A stretch of DNA of 64,000 nt from contig NC_068991.1 in the NCBI RefSeq assembly GCF_001194135.2, positions 39,471,618 through 39,535,617 of the forward strand. The letters are read 5' to 3'. A model generated the notes under the pieces. It was not told the origin of the DNA and made no database searches. It saw nothing but the letters and a program-made list of their open reading frames with translations. This DNA comes from Octopus bimaculoides (lineage: Eukaryota). Both the position numbers and the translations under genes were made by a program. Every line of letters begins with the position of its first letter. The stretch's first letter is position 1. This document shows positions 12,401-25,282 of the stretch, one piece after another.

Positions 12401-13547
12401 GATGAGTAGTGAGAAAACATATCTAGTAATCACACTTGCTCACTAACCAGAATCTTGGTAGATATTGCAACATCAGTACATATCTGTACATCATCACTTA
12501 CAGTATACTGAGCCCTCTGCACAGAGAATGTTGGTAGTAGATATGGACTGCCTGACCAGTCAAATGTATCTCTTCCACAAGAAGTGAAATATCAGACACT
12601 TCAATCGAAAATCAAATGAAAACTAAGGCAAAGCATATCAGTTAAGCAGTAATATAAATAGAGACAATGTTTTATTTGCTATCTTTGCCAGACCCTTTTA
12701 TGGATAGCTGCCTCTAGGATCATTTCTGGGTGAGGCTGGCCTGGATCAGAACAGGGATGAGATTATAATCTCATCCCTGTTCTGATCCACTTAGAAGTCT
12801 AGACTAAACCATATCCCAAGCAATTAGACCAGTCCATCATGTTTCCCAATGGCTTTGACATGCCTTACCATGTGATGATTTGCAAGCTCACCAACTTGTC
12901 TGGATTCATTTTTGCTCCTGTCCCTTTTGAATCCCTTTGAATGGTGCCAAACGCCTCCTGATATTGTTGCTGTCTGATGTCTACATATGCTGATGTGGAT
13001 CTTCCAGATCTAAGTTAAAATGGTATTCCTATTAATAACTTTTAGTTTCTGTAGTAATAGCTTGGTAGTCAGTATATAAGTGGTTCACTGTCAACTGTAT
13101 CTCAGCTGCTATTACCGGCTTTTTTTACAATGCACAGCATTTTCTACTAAAAGTTTCAACAAGTCATCAAGACAGGCACTAAAGTTCTACCACCTTCAGT
13201 CCACTGTTTGCTCTGAACAGTTGAGTAATGTGTCAGTGGAAGCTGCACACATCTGCTTGAAATTAGTAGCATATGTTCTTGTCCACTAAAGACTGAATTG
13301 TGGCTTTGTTGTTATGTTGTACTTCTACCACATGGGTCAATTGCACATGCCTCAGTTATGAGAAACAACCATCATGTTTATATTGAAGAAATAGTCAGAG
13401 GCCATTATTACAGCTAGCGCATAAGTTGCAATGCCTTTCCTAACTGTCTCTTATAATTTGCTGTTTAATTCTCCATCAAATATATTTATCTCTATGGCTA
13501 CTTCTTAACCTTTTCCCAAAGATTTTTTTCTTTTTGCTCTAGCTTGA

Positions 13548-14690
13548 TCACATAATCTCTGTTCCGTGAGCTCCATTGATCATACGAGCACCATTTTCAT
13601 CTACAGGGTTGCTCAGGTAGTAACACTCCATGATCACAGCATTGACTTGTTTGTTCCATCTACGCCATGTGTGCTGGTCCATTGCTGGATAATGATAGGC
13701 TGGAGCTGGATCATTATCTCTGAGCCTGCCGGGTGCAACACTGTCACCATCAAGAGCTTCAGTTTCATTACCACCGTTATTCACAATATTTCATTTTTTC
13801 ATTGTTGCTCATATGAGGTAGCGATTATGAGGTTGAAGGTCAGGTTTGTGTAGGATGGAAGATTGCAAAGATAAAGCACTGTACAAGCACTTGAGAATGA
13901 ATGAAACTGAAAGTAGGTGGATAAAGAAAAGAATACATGGACAATTTCATAGGGATGTTGAAGATAAGACAGGCAGGGAAAACAGATGGCTATGGATGAC
14001 TAAAAGCCTCCGGAAACAGAGGCTCTAATCTGTGCTGCCCAAGAGCAAGCATTAAGAACCAATTACATCAAATACAGAGTAGACAACACATCAAAAAGTG
14101 GTAAGTGCAGAATTTGTGGACAAAATGGTGAAACTGTTTTGCATATTACCAGTCAATGTATGCCACTAGCCCAGAAAGAATACAAGAGATGTCATGACAA
14201 CATAGCAAGCATTGCTTATTAGACAATTTGCAACAAGTATGGACTTGACAGAGCAAAAAAGTAGTATGGACATAAACCTGAAGGTATCATTGAACATGAT
14301 AATGCAAAGATCCTATGGGATTTTATGATTCAGTGCGACCATGAGATAGAGAATAGGAAGCCAGACATAATCTTAATTGAGAAAGAAAGCAAATGATGCT
14401 GGATCATAGATGCCCAGCTGACAACAAGATATGCGATAAGGAAGAAAGAAAAGTCGATAGATATGACAGGTTAGCTTGAGAAGTTAAGCAGTTGCGGTCA
14501 CTGGAAAAAGGTGGTAGTAGTACCAATAATTGCCAGAGTCCTGGGAACAGTGAGTAAAAATCTTGAGAAGTACATGGAACACATAGGAGCTGCAATAAGG
14601 GTAGAAAGCTTGCAGAAAACAGCACTGTTTGAAACCGCTGAAATACTCTGGATGGTGCTCAAAAAACAAGGGGTGTTACTTTAGTTTACT
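13548..14690 (+). mobile_element. R4/Dong-like RLE LINE remnant with an inverted 5' piece
   Basis: Plus strand 13850-14690 gives AAQEQALRTNY...CRICGQNGETVLHITSQCMPLAQKEYKRCHD (CCHC knuckle) and RKPDIILIEK (PD-(D/E)xK endonuclease). Minus strand 13548-13784 gives RRWNKQVNAVIMECYYLSNP, resembling the N-terminal region of such ORFs. Confidence 0.75.
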
Positions 14691-15407
14691 GGTAGTGAAC
14701 AGCTTTCTACTATAGGCACAAAGCCTGAAATTTAGGGGAGGGGAACAATTGATCACATCGACCCCAGTACTCAACTGGTACTTAATTTATTAACCCCGAA
14801 AAGATGAAAAGCAAAATTGACCTCAGTGAAATTTTCACTTAGAATGTAGCGGCAGACAAAACACTGCTAAGTACTTTGCCTGACATGCTAACGATTCTGC
14901 CAGCTCACCGCCTTAATAACAACAAGAACTTCTGGTTTAGGTACAAAACCAGCAAATTTGAGGAGAGAGAATTTTTCTATACCACTGGTTTCAGTACTTG
15001 ACTGAAATTTTATTTTATTGGTGGTAATCAACTGGTTCTAAGTAGAGTTAATTTTGAAATTATAAGAATCTACAAGATGTATGGTTTACGATATTAAAGT
15101 AGTAGGAATAGAGTATGTTTGAAGAGTTTTTTGCTAGTTTGTTGTACAAAGCTGAAATATATGACAAAAGAAAGCAATGGAAAAATAATTCTACTGTCTT
15201 GCCAACAAGGAAAAACTGTGTAGTTTCTGAGTCTGTTAGAAATAGGAAGCAGTTCTCCTTACTGTCTTAAAATAGTAAAGGGAAACACAGGATCATTCAT
15301 TCCTAGACACTCTATACCTGAAGAAAATGAAGGATAATGTCTTTATCAGAGCTGACCTGGAGCTAGCAACAACTTCAAGGTTTTTCTCATGAATTATTAC
15401 ATTAGAA

Positions 15408-15694
15408 CAGTGGTTATCAACTATTGTTTTTTGTCTATGGACTCCTTTGATAAATATTTTATTCTGATGGACCCCCATAGCCATTTGATATTTAAAAACT
15501 AGTTTTATACATACTTCTTTCAAAATTCCTATTTTGCTTTCTACATAGCTGTTTCTTGCAACACATACTAATGCATACATTTAAAGCAAAATCTTTTCAG
15601 GGGAACATAAAATTCTATTGTGGGTCCCCAATTCACTATTTTGTTGCATGGACCCACCAAAATATTATATATTGACCCTGGTTGAGAACCACTT
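15408..15694. mobile_element. hAT-like MITE
   Basis: Termini cagtggttatcaac...gttgagaaccact; no TSD is recognisable. Confidence 0.55.
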
Positions 15695-15695
15695 T

Positions 15696-16086
15696 ACTCC
15701 ACTCCCTCCAAATTGAGGGAGTGGAGTAATGGAGGGAGTGGAGTAGGTAAAATTCAGACTACATATGTTTCCTAGCTAGCAGATCCTCCGATGTAATAAT
15801 TACTCAATGAGGGGTACTCTGCTAGCTACTCATCAGGCCAAAGACACCTTAGTCATATGAAGGTTACATTGTCATTAAGGAATTCCAAGTTATCTCAGCA
15901 AAATTATATCTTTGGCAAGTTAATTTGAGATTCCTTAATGACAATGTAACCTTCATATAATTAAGGTATCTTTGGCTTCATGAGTAGCTAGCTGATTACC
16001 CCTCATTGAGTAATTATCACATCAGAAGATCTGCTAGCTAGGAAACATATGCAGTTTGAATTTTACCTGCTCCACTCCCTCAGTTT
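15696..16086. repeat. Long foldback inverted repeat (MITE/foldback element)
   Basis: Arms of ~165 bp (from 15732 and ending at 16081) are reverse complements around a ~25-nt spacer. The terminal motif gagggagtggagta is present in extra copies at the left end. Confidence 0.9.
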
Positions 16087-17059
16087 GAACTTTTATTCAC
16101 AGTCATAGCAACTCAAGTTGCTAACTGTGAGCTATAAAATAACTTTTTTCAGCTTATCAAACTTTGATATGGGGAAAGCCTACAAATTCCGACACCAATA
16201 AATTATTATTGTTCCTGAATGTTATTTTTACACATATCACACACTGCTTGAAGCTTAAACTTCCTACACTTGGATCTTTGGATCTTATAATTATATATAT
16301 GTGTGTGTGTGTGTGTGTGTATACCTCTATGTGTGTGTCTTTGTGTTTGTCCCCCAATACTGCTTGACAACCAGTGTTGGTTTGTTCACATCCCTGTAAC
16401 TTAGCAGTTCTGCAAAAAGAGACTTGTAGAATAAGTACCAGGCTTAAAAAAAAAATACAGAGGTTGATTCGTTCAACTAAAAAGTTCTTCAAGGCAGTGC
16501 TCCAGCATGGCCACAGTCTAATGACTGAAACAGATCAAAGATACAGATACAAAATACCAATATTACTAAAATAATGTACTATTTCAAGTCCTAGGACGCA
16601 ATGGGTTGGTTACCCAGTTTCTATGGTATATAAGTAACTGAGATCACAACATTCCCCTCCATCACAGGGTTACTCATTTACGACTGGATGGACTGGAACA
16701 ATGTGAAATGAAGTGTTTTGCTCAAGAACACAACACACTGCCTAATCTGGGAATTGAAATTACAATCTTGCAATATTGAGTGCATCACTCTCACCATGTC
16801 ACGTGCCTTCACAATATTATTGGACAGACCAGTATAACATATTGGTTTCAAATTTTGGCACCAAGCCAGCAATTTTGGGAAGGTTGATTACAATGACTCT
16901 GGTGCTTAACAGGTACTTATTTTTGTGACCCTAAAAGGATGAAAGACAAAGTCAACCTTGGCAGAATTTAAACTCAGAGCATAAAGACAGACGAAATGCT
17001 GCTAAGCATTTTGCCTGGAGTGCTAACAGCCCAATATTAAAGACCCTCTTCAGACATAA

Positions 17060-17347
17060 CTGACCATGGGATTGCACCTACAAAGTCCACCCCCCCCAGG
17101 CACAAGTCCGGGTAAGATTGTTTATGGAAGATTAGTAGTTACCCATGCATACCAGCCTCCCCTCTCCATGCCACCAATGTTATTGAAAGGAAAGATAAAT
17201 GCCAATACAGCTTGGCACCAGTTGAGAGAACTGGAGCAATTTGAAATAAAGTGTCTTGCCCAAGAACACAACACACAGCCTGGTCAAGGAATCAAACTCA
17301 CTACCTTATGATAGTGAGCCCGATGCTCTAACCACTGAGCCGTGTAC
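17060..17347 (-). mobile_element. tRNA-derived SINE family 3 (clear A/B boxes)
   Basis: The reverse complement begins ...ggctcagtggttagagcatcgggctcactatc...gagtttgattcc. A second copy lies at ~57615-57918 and a partial one at ~16600-16810. Confidence 0.75.
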
Positions 17348-17411
17348 CTTCACTACCAAAATTATCAAATAGAGAAATGATAGATCAATATTATATAAAA
17401 TACAAACTTAC

Positions 17412-17497
17412 TAGATAGGCCATGAGCATTATTTTTGATGACAAGCAAAGTATCAGGGTTGTGCTGACTGGATGCAGAAGCAATTTTGCCCCAAAAC
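17412..17497 (-). CDS. TRNT1: TRNT1-like exon
   Basis: 86 nt between caaccacag| and |gtaagt, phase 2 to 1. Translates (R)FWGKIASASSQHNPDTLLVIKNNAHGLS, versus human [29 protein letters not shown]. Confidence 0.9.
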
Positions 17498-18065
17498 CTG
17501 TGGTTGTAATAAATAAGATATAAATGAAAAAAAAACCATAGGAAAATAAAAATGTAGTTAAAAGTGCAATAAAACATAGAGAATATTTATGAAATTTAAA
17601 GATCTCTATAGAACTATATCTTCACCATTATTATTGTTTTAACATCTACATTTTCATGCTTCCCTATCAGTGACACTTGCTTACAATTAATACATGATGC
17701 AAAGAGAAGGGGACACAAACTCACATCATCATCATTTAACATCTACTTTCCATAATGGCATGTGTTGGACAGTGTGACAGGAACTGGACAGCTGGGAAGC
17801 TGCCCAGGTTCAAATTGTCTATTTTGGCAGGGTTTATGCAGCTGCTCTCATCAATATGCATCACATGACCATACCAGTGCATATACATACATACACAATG
17901 AGCTTCTATCAGTTTCTGTCTACCAAATTCACTCACAAGGCTTTGGCCATCTTGAGGCTATAGTAGAAGACATTTGTCCAAAGTGCTATGCAATGGGATT
18001 GAACCCAAAACCATACAGTTGGGAAGTGATCTACTCAACCACGCAGCCACCATATGTACATACAT

Positions 18066-18072
18066 ACATATA

Positions 18073-18147
<75 letters not shown>
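18066..18147. repeat. (TA)n microsatellite
   Basis: Direct reading. Other long tracts: (CA)n ~8159-8194, (TTA)n ~8840-8880, (TG)n ~16300 and ~27750, (TA)n ~43915-43955 and ~51405-51442, (GA)n ~60446-60474, poly(A) ~61675-61694. Confidence 0.95.
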
Positions 18148-18148
<1 letters not shown>

Positions 18149-18149
<1 letters not shown>

Positions 18150-18910
18150 GAGAGAAAAGTTGGACAGCGCCCTGAGAGAAAAGTTGGACATAAGAAGCAT
18201 CAGATGCGGTTTGCAAGAGAGACTGTGCTTGTATGGTCATGTGATGCATATGGATGAGAACAGCTTTGTGAAGAAGTGTCACACTCTAACAGTGGAGGGA
18301 ACCTGTGGAAGAAGTAGACCCAGGAAGACATGGGATGAGGTGATGAAGCATGACCTTCAAATGTTGGGACTCACAGAGGCAATGACAAGCGACCGAGACC
18401 TTTGAAGATATGCTGTGCTTGAGAAGATCTGGCAAACCAAGTGAGATCGTAGTTGTGGCCAATGCCAGTGTCACATAACTGGCCTGTTTAAAAGCACCTT
18501 CAATTGTTGGCTGATATGCCATGCTTGTGAAGACCTGTTGAACTGAGTGAAATCGTAGTCATGGCCGATGCCAGTTCTGCCTGAGTGGCACCTGTGCTGG
18601 GTGCACATAAAAAGCACTATTCAAGCGTGGCCAATGCAAATTGCGTCTGACAGGCTCCTGTACCAGTGGCATGTAAAAAACTCCATTCAAGTGTGGCCAA
18701 TGCCAGAGCTGGCTGACTGGCTCCCATGCTGGTGGCACATAAAAAGCACCCACTTCACTCTCAGAGTGGTTGGCATTAGGAAGAGCATCCAGCCAAATCA
18801 GATTGGAGCTTGGTGCAGCCTCCCAGCCAGCCAGTTCTCAGTCAAACCATCCAATCCATGCCAGCATGGAAAGTGGATGTTAAACGACAATGATGATGAT
18901 GATGATGACA
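18149..18910 (+). mobile_element. 5'-truncated RTE LINE (ORF end + 3' UTR)
   Basis: [57 protein letters not shown] matches the RTE C-terminus (RWxGHV...GRPRKTW). It ends in (GAT)n. Confidence 0.88.
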
Positions 18911-18929
18911 GACATCACACACATCGGTT

Positions 18930-19646
18930 GAGATGGGCAAGCTTTATGATACAAGGTCAGTCAGACTCGCTGAGGATGACAATGTGATATTTTCACAAAG
19001 TTTGAAATCACTGCGATATGTGTACGACTAGCTTTACAATTTAGAAAATTTTCATCATATATATAAATATAAATTTGACATTGGCGATTCTTGTCTTGGG
19101 ATTCACGGTCAAACAGCTGGGTGGAATTGCACGAAAAATTACACAGATGTGTAGAATGATCCGGTGGTGATGCTGGGCTTTGTATTTTTTTCATAGCTCC
19201 CATGGTTACCGAGATAATCTACTATAATAATACTCTTGTGTTTATGAATGAGAATGGGAGGGGTGATAGATGAATAAGGAAGGAAGGATGATGTCATACT
19301 TGGTAGTGGGATGATGAAAATTGTACGCTAAAGAAAATAAATCAAACTGTGTTTCAACTCTGTGTGAATATATGTGTGGGTATGTGAATGCATGTGTGTG
19401 CGTGTATACGCGCAATGGAAATGGGATGGTTCATCTTTGTTTGCTTAGTATTTGGGTTTATTTTTTGATTTGGCTGAATCTTGGTTGGTTTTTCTTTTGT
19501 TGGTCAGTTATTTTTAGAGTTTTGACAACAAAAGCCATTCTAAAATTTTTTTAATATAAGCGTGTCCAAACAAATCGAATGTTCAAACAGAGCAGGTTTT
19601 ACAGCCACATCATCCAAATTGACCGGATGAAACTGGGCTTAGCTAA
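18930..19646 (+). mobile_element. Possible non-autonomous Helitron 3' portion
   Basis: CpG-retaining block ending aaattgaccggatgaaactgggcttagctaat, which resembles the Helitron subterminal hairpin plus CTAG terminus. No 5' TC end was identified. Confidence 0.3.
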
Positions 19647-20029
19647 TATATATATATTGGACACAAAACCCTACTTGTGAAGACCTGTTGAGGCAAGTGA
19701 AATTGAAAATTGAACCAAATTTGTTGACTGGCACCCATGCCAACCTTCCTTTATCGGACACTAAACTCAGCTTGCAAAGATCTGTTGGGACAAATGAGAT
19801 CGAAACTGAACCAATTCTATGACTGGCACCCGTGCCAGGGGAACGCTGACAGCACCGTCCGAGCAGGATCACTGCCAGAGCAGCGGTCTGGCTTCTGTGC
19901 CGGTGGCACATAAAAAAGCACCATTTGAGCGCGATCATTTCCAGCTTCGCTTTACTGGCACTCGTGCCGGTGGCATGTGAACAAAACATTGGACTGACAC
20001 CTGTGCAGGTGGCACGTAAAAAAACACCT

Positions 20030-22830
20030 GGAAGCTTAAAGATCCTGCGAATGGATAGAGATTTAGAGATGTATTACTCAAAGCTTTTGACAAAATAGAG
20101 GGGGATATAGCATCACATTATGTGGAAGACAACTGGAGGTTTCTACGGGACAACCTGCTGAGGGCCACTGACCAGATCTGTGGATGGTGCAAAGGCCCCT
20201 CTCAACCCAAGGTAACGTGGTGGTGGAACAATGTTGACAGGGCCGTTAGAGAAAAGAAACATGATTGGAAGAATGGTGGTAGCAGGGAATTGTATCAGAC
20301 TGCCAGAAGGGAAGCTAGGAGACAGGTTTATTTAGCTAGAAGAAAAGCAGATAAGGAAAAATTTGCCAATGTTCTGTGCCATGAGGACCAAAGACTTGTG
20401 GTATTTCGTGTTGCAAGACAGTATGTGAGAGAGAATTGTGATGTCGTAGGAGAGAAATTTGTCCACAAGGATGATGGTTCACTTCCATTAAACGAGGCTG
20501 CAAAGAGAGAGGTTTGGCAACACCACTATGAAAGATTGCTAAATAAAGGAATGAATGGGAGAAAGAGAATCTGCTGAATGCTGACCCAACAGAAGGACAA
20601 GCTATCTGAATTGACAGTACCTTGGTAGATAAAGCAATTTAGGGTATGAAGACAAGGAAAGCCCCCAGCCCATCAGGAATCACTGCAGAGATGCTCAAAA
20701 TATCTGGCAGTGTAGGCTATAGCCTAGTCACCAGTATAATAGACAAGGTGATTCATGAAAGAGTCATACCCAATGACTGGTGTAGCAGCACCATAGTCAA
20801 CTGCTACAAAGGTAAAGGTGACTCATTAGATACAAATAATTACAGAGGTATCAAGTTGTTGGATCAGGTAATGAAGGTCATGGAGAGGGTCATAGCCCAA
20901 CTAATTAGGGAGAGAGTCAGCCTAGATGAGATGCAATTTGGGTTCATCTCAGGGAAAAGATGCAGTTTGGGTTCATGCCAGGGAAAAGTACCACTGATGC
21001 TATATTTCTGGTAAGACAGCTGCAGGAGAAATACCTAGCCAAAGATAAACCTCTGTACCTGGCTTTTGCTGACATGGAGAAAGCCTTTGACAGGGTCCTC
21101 TGTTCCCTTATCTGGTGGTCAGTGATGAAACTAGGGATAGATGAATGGTTAGTGAGAGTTGTGCAAGCTATGTACAGGGATGCTCTCAGTAAGCTGAGCA
21201 CAGTGAAGAATTCCGGGTAGGGGTAGGGGTCCAGCAAGGATCAGTCCTCAGCCCCCTCTTATTCATCATAGTCCTCCAGGCAATAACACAGGAGTTCAAG
21301 ACAGGATGCCCCTGGGAGCTCCTCTATGCTGATGACCTTGCTCTAATTGCTGAGTCACTATCAGAACTAGAGGAGAAATTTCAGGTGCGGAAGCAAGGAT
21401 TAGAATCAAAGGGCCTTAGAGTCAACCTAGCTAAAAGTCTTAATAAGTAGGAAGGCAGACAAACCACAAATCCCTTCAAGTAGATGGCCCAGCTCAATCT
21501 GTAGAAAAGATGTAGGTAGAAACTCCATAAGATGTACCCAGTGTAAGTTATAGACACAAGAGGTGCAGTAATATCAAAGGAAAGCTAACTGGGAAGATAG
21601 TTTTTGTATGTGGCAAATATTCAGGAGCAAATAAACACTGAAAATGTGCAGAGAACAGCTTCTGTCACATTCCAGGGAGAAAAACTACAAGTAGTTGATA
21701 GCTTCCGTTACCTAGGTGACCAAGTCAGTAGCAGGGGTGGATACTCTGAAAGTGTAGCTGCTAGAATAAGAATAGCCTGGGCAAAGTTCAGAGAACCCCT
21801 ACCTCTGTTGGTGACAAAGGGTATCTCACTCAGAGCAAAAGGTAGACTGTATGACACATGTGTACGAACATGGGCCATGACTGCTGAGGACATGCGTAAG
21901 CTCACAAGGAATGAGGCCAGTATGCTCCACTGGATGTATAATGTCAATGTGCATACATGACAGAGTGTAAGCGCCCTGAGAGAAAAGTTAGACTTAAGAA
22001 GCATCAGATGTGGTGTGCAAGAGAGATGACTGCGCTGGTATGGTCATGTGTTACGAATGGATGAGGACAGCTGTGTGAAAAAGTGTCACACTCTAGCAGT
22101 TGAGGAAACCTGTGGAAGAGGTAGACCAAGGAAGACCTGGGATGAGGTGTTGAAGCACGACCTTTGAACATTAGGCCTCATCGAGGCAATGACTAGTGAC
22201 CGAGACCTTTGGAAATATGCTGTGCTTGAGAAGACCCGGCAAGCCAAGTGAGAACATAACACGTGGCCTATGCCAGTGGTGTATAACGAGCCCACTTATG
22301 AGTACAGCAAAGACCTGTTGAGGCAAGTGAAATCAAAATCGCTGATGTGAATGATGACAGTACTGCCTGATTGGCACTCATGCCAGTGGAACGTTAAAAG
22401 CACCATCCAACCGTCATAGTTGCCAGGGCCGCTGACTGACTCCCATGCCGGTCGCATGTAAAAAGCACCATTCGAGTGAGATCATTGCCAGTGTCGCCTT
22501 AATGGCACATGTGCCGGTGGCACGTGAAAAACAACATTTGAACATAGTCGTTGACAGTGGCGCTGGACTGGCTCCCATGCAGGTGGCACGTAAAGAACAC
22601 TTTTTGAGCATGGTCATTGTCAGTAGCGCCTGACTGGACCTTGTGCTGGTGGAACATAAAAGCACCCACGACACTCTCGGAATGGTTGGCATTAGGAAGG
22701 GCATCCAGCAGCAGAAACTTTGCCAGATCAGAATGGAGCCCGGTGCAGCCTTTTGGCTCGCCAGTCCTCAGTCAAACTGTCCAACCCATGCCATCATGGA
22801 AAGCAGACGTTAAACGACGATGATGATGAT
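20030..22830 (+). mobile_element. 5'-truncated RTE-clade LINE (RT domain, C-terminus, 3' UTR, (GAT)n tail), frameshifted
   Basis: ORFs give WWWNNVDRAV, KAPSPSGITAEMLK, NYRGIKLLDQVMKVMERV, QFGFMPGKSTTDAIF, AFADMEKAFDRV, QQGSVLSPLLF, LLYADD and FRYLGD. It is preceded by an RTE 3' UTR fragment at ~19675-20030. Confidence 0.95.
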
Positions 22831-23006
22831 GTATAATTATATATATATATATTACTCTTTTACTTGTTTCAGTCATTTGACTGTGGCCATGCTGGAGCAC
22901 CACCTTTAGTCGAGCAAATCGACCCCAGGACTTATTCTTTGTAAGCCTAGTACTTACGGGTGCATAACAAAAGACCATGTCCTTTCGAGTCAGTAATTTA
23001 TATATA

Positions 23007-23227
23007 CAGTAGTCACTTAACTATTGTAGGTGTTATGTCCCAAAACACCCCGTGATAGGTGAAAATCCGTGAAGTAGAAACAGTACTGTACTGTAAATTT
23101 TTCTGTTATTCTTTTTATAATTCGTATATATTTATGGTATTAGAAATGCAAAACAACACAGGGGAATTGACATAAATGTAAATAATAAACTGCAATAGGT
23201 GAATCGTGATATGGTGAGGGATTACTG
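23007..23227. mobile_element. Tigger/pogo-derived MITE
   Basis: TA|cagtagtcactta...tgagggattactg|TA, i.e. imperfect TIRs with a TA duplication. Confidence 0.7.
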
Positions 23228-23429
23228 TATATATATATATATATTTAATATAAAATATATATCATCGTAATCATCATCATTGAACATCTGTTTTCTATGC
23301 TAACATAGGCTGGATGGCTCGACAGGAGCTGGCAAGCTCAAGAGCTGTCAAAGTACCATGTCTGTTTTGGCATGGTTTCTATGGCTGGATGCCCTTCCTA
23401 ACACCAACTACTTTATAGAGTATACTTCC

Positions 23430-24450
23430 ACTGTTTGGACCTATCAGACAGCTTCAGTTCCTTTGTCTTTGAACCAATGAGCATTAGCTCTGACAATGCA
23501 GCCTTCCTGTTTCACCTTGAAGAAATGGTTGAGTGCCATTCTCACCACAAGTATGTCAGTTGCGATGCCTGTACTAATCACCTCTTCTTGTTTGCTGATT
23601 AGGTCTTCCTCAAATCTATTTCTTTCTATTGTTAACTCCTTGTTAATATTGATTCTACATTAATCACCCTCTTCAGAGCAATCCACTGCCGGTTGTTGGC
23701 AATTGCCCCATCAACTACAGCTTAACAAGTTCACTAATTTGGTCCCTGTGGTCTTGTTGGTCAGGACAAGTTCAGCTTCCAGTAACCAGGTCTTATCTAA
23801 ACTGACTGTGTAAATCACAAATTTGTGGTTCTGTGCAGCTGACCAATTTGGATTATGAACAACCTACAGTATCCCTATCTGCTGACTTAACAAATACTCT
23901 AGATATGATCTGGATGACCTGCTGTTGTTGCTCCATGTCCACACTGGCACAACAGGGAAATCCAATTGATACTTGTGAGACAGCTGAAAGTTTCTGAGCA
24001 GGTTTCCAAGGCTTTTGCATCCCCTTTTGCTGCTATGTACTAACCCCACACAGTCCTTCTGTTCAACCAAAATACTATTCCAGTTCCTCACTAGTACTCA
24101 AGTGTGAAACCATTCCCAGGAATGTTTCTAGACTCCTGAAGAAATCTGGCCTTCCAGCCCCTGTTGGGGCATAAACAGTCAGCAGTCTAAAGGCGCCACC
24201 TTTGCTGCCATTCATATCCAGAACTATTACCTTGCTGTCTGGGTCCAAGAAGACTGCCTGTACCTTGAGATCTAAGGATTTCTGGAATAGCATTACTACA
24301 CTGTCACCTGGCCTTTACAGACTACAAGAGGAGAATATCTTGTAGTCTTTGAAAATGGATGCTAAAGAATGCTTCCTGAAAATTCTGGTCTCTCATTAAT
24401 GTTGGTCATATCTAAATCAAGTGACCAGAGATTGTTGAGCAAGTGACTTT
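23430..24450 (-). mobile_element. Tx1/L1-clade APE endonuclease fragment
   Basis: VFLDPDSKVIVLDMNGSKGGAFRLLTVYAPTGAGRPDFF matches the APE motif FRLxxVYAP. Confidence 0.7.
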
Positions 24451-25155
24451 GCTTCCAAGCTGACCCCAGGCCACACACATTCACACACCCCACCCTAAGC
24501 AGTCATGCTAGTTGGAGAAAGAAAAAAAAAGAGGTCACTCACCTTAATTTTTGAGAAGCCCAGATGTTCTGGCTTCTCTACTGGTGAATGTTTGCTAAAA
24601 GGCTCTTCTAAAAACCTTTCATCTATTGTTTTCCTAAAAGTTCTAACACTGTTGTCTTGATTATATGTTTGTAATAATAATAGTGGTAAAACATAAAAAA
24701 TCTACACTATAGATTTTTCAAATTACTTTCATACATATACCATGATCGAGTTTATATTTTTATAATTATTAAAATTTATTTAAGTTTCCATTTCAGTGAA
24801 ATTATGGTCTATGTCCTTAAATTAGTGGTAATACTTTATTATTTATACATGATGATGATCACAGAGTAGTGATAGAGTGTAACTGTAGCATTACAAACAC
24901 ACACACACCTCTATTAAATCGTACTATAGTGATGGTTCAGTTATTTCATGTTTTATATTCTAACTACTCTGAAGTAAGCTAAAATTTTGACATTGCCAAC
25001 TTAAACAAGGGAGACAATCCAGAACTATTTGAGATAACTCAGCTCTTTGAAGGCTGATCTGTGCACATTGTGTGTGTGTGTGTGTGTGTGTAAATGTATA
25101 TAAATATATAGATATACGTGTAAGTGTATGTGTAAGAAAGAAAAACATTCCTTAC

Positions 25156-25282
25156 CGGAAGTAGCGAAGGATTCTGAGGTAATCCTCCTGGATTCTATCT
25201 TCTGGATTATCAACAAATCTCACAACTTTGCTTTTCAGGTTTTCCTGACCACTGACATAATCATATAAGACACCATCAAAGT
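25156..25282 (-). CDS. TRNT1: TRNT1-like exon (motifs C and D)
   Basis: 127 nt between ttcattctgcag| and |gtaagg, phase 1 to 2. Translates [43 protein letters not shown] and includes the EDYLR nucleotide-templating motif. Confidence 0.95.

Noticed and set aside
17270-17347. tRNA-like A/B boxes (also at ~57850-57918 and in other SINE heads)
   Set aside because: They are heads of multi-copy SINEs with degenerate cloverleafs, not tRNA genes.
17958-18282. ORFs with (YI)n runs, plus the X-filled ORFs at 44235-45199 and poly-N/poly-L ORFs at 8556-8946
   Set aside because: These are artefacts of (TA)n or (TTA)n microsatellites and assembly gaps.
24548-24710. Open frame ending in AAG|gtgagt just downstream of the EDYLR exon
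   Set aside because: The acceptor is weak, the phase-2 continuation hits a stop after ~26 codons, and the real next exon is at 17412-17497.
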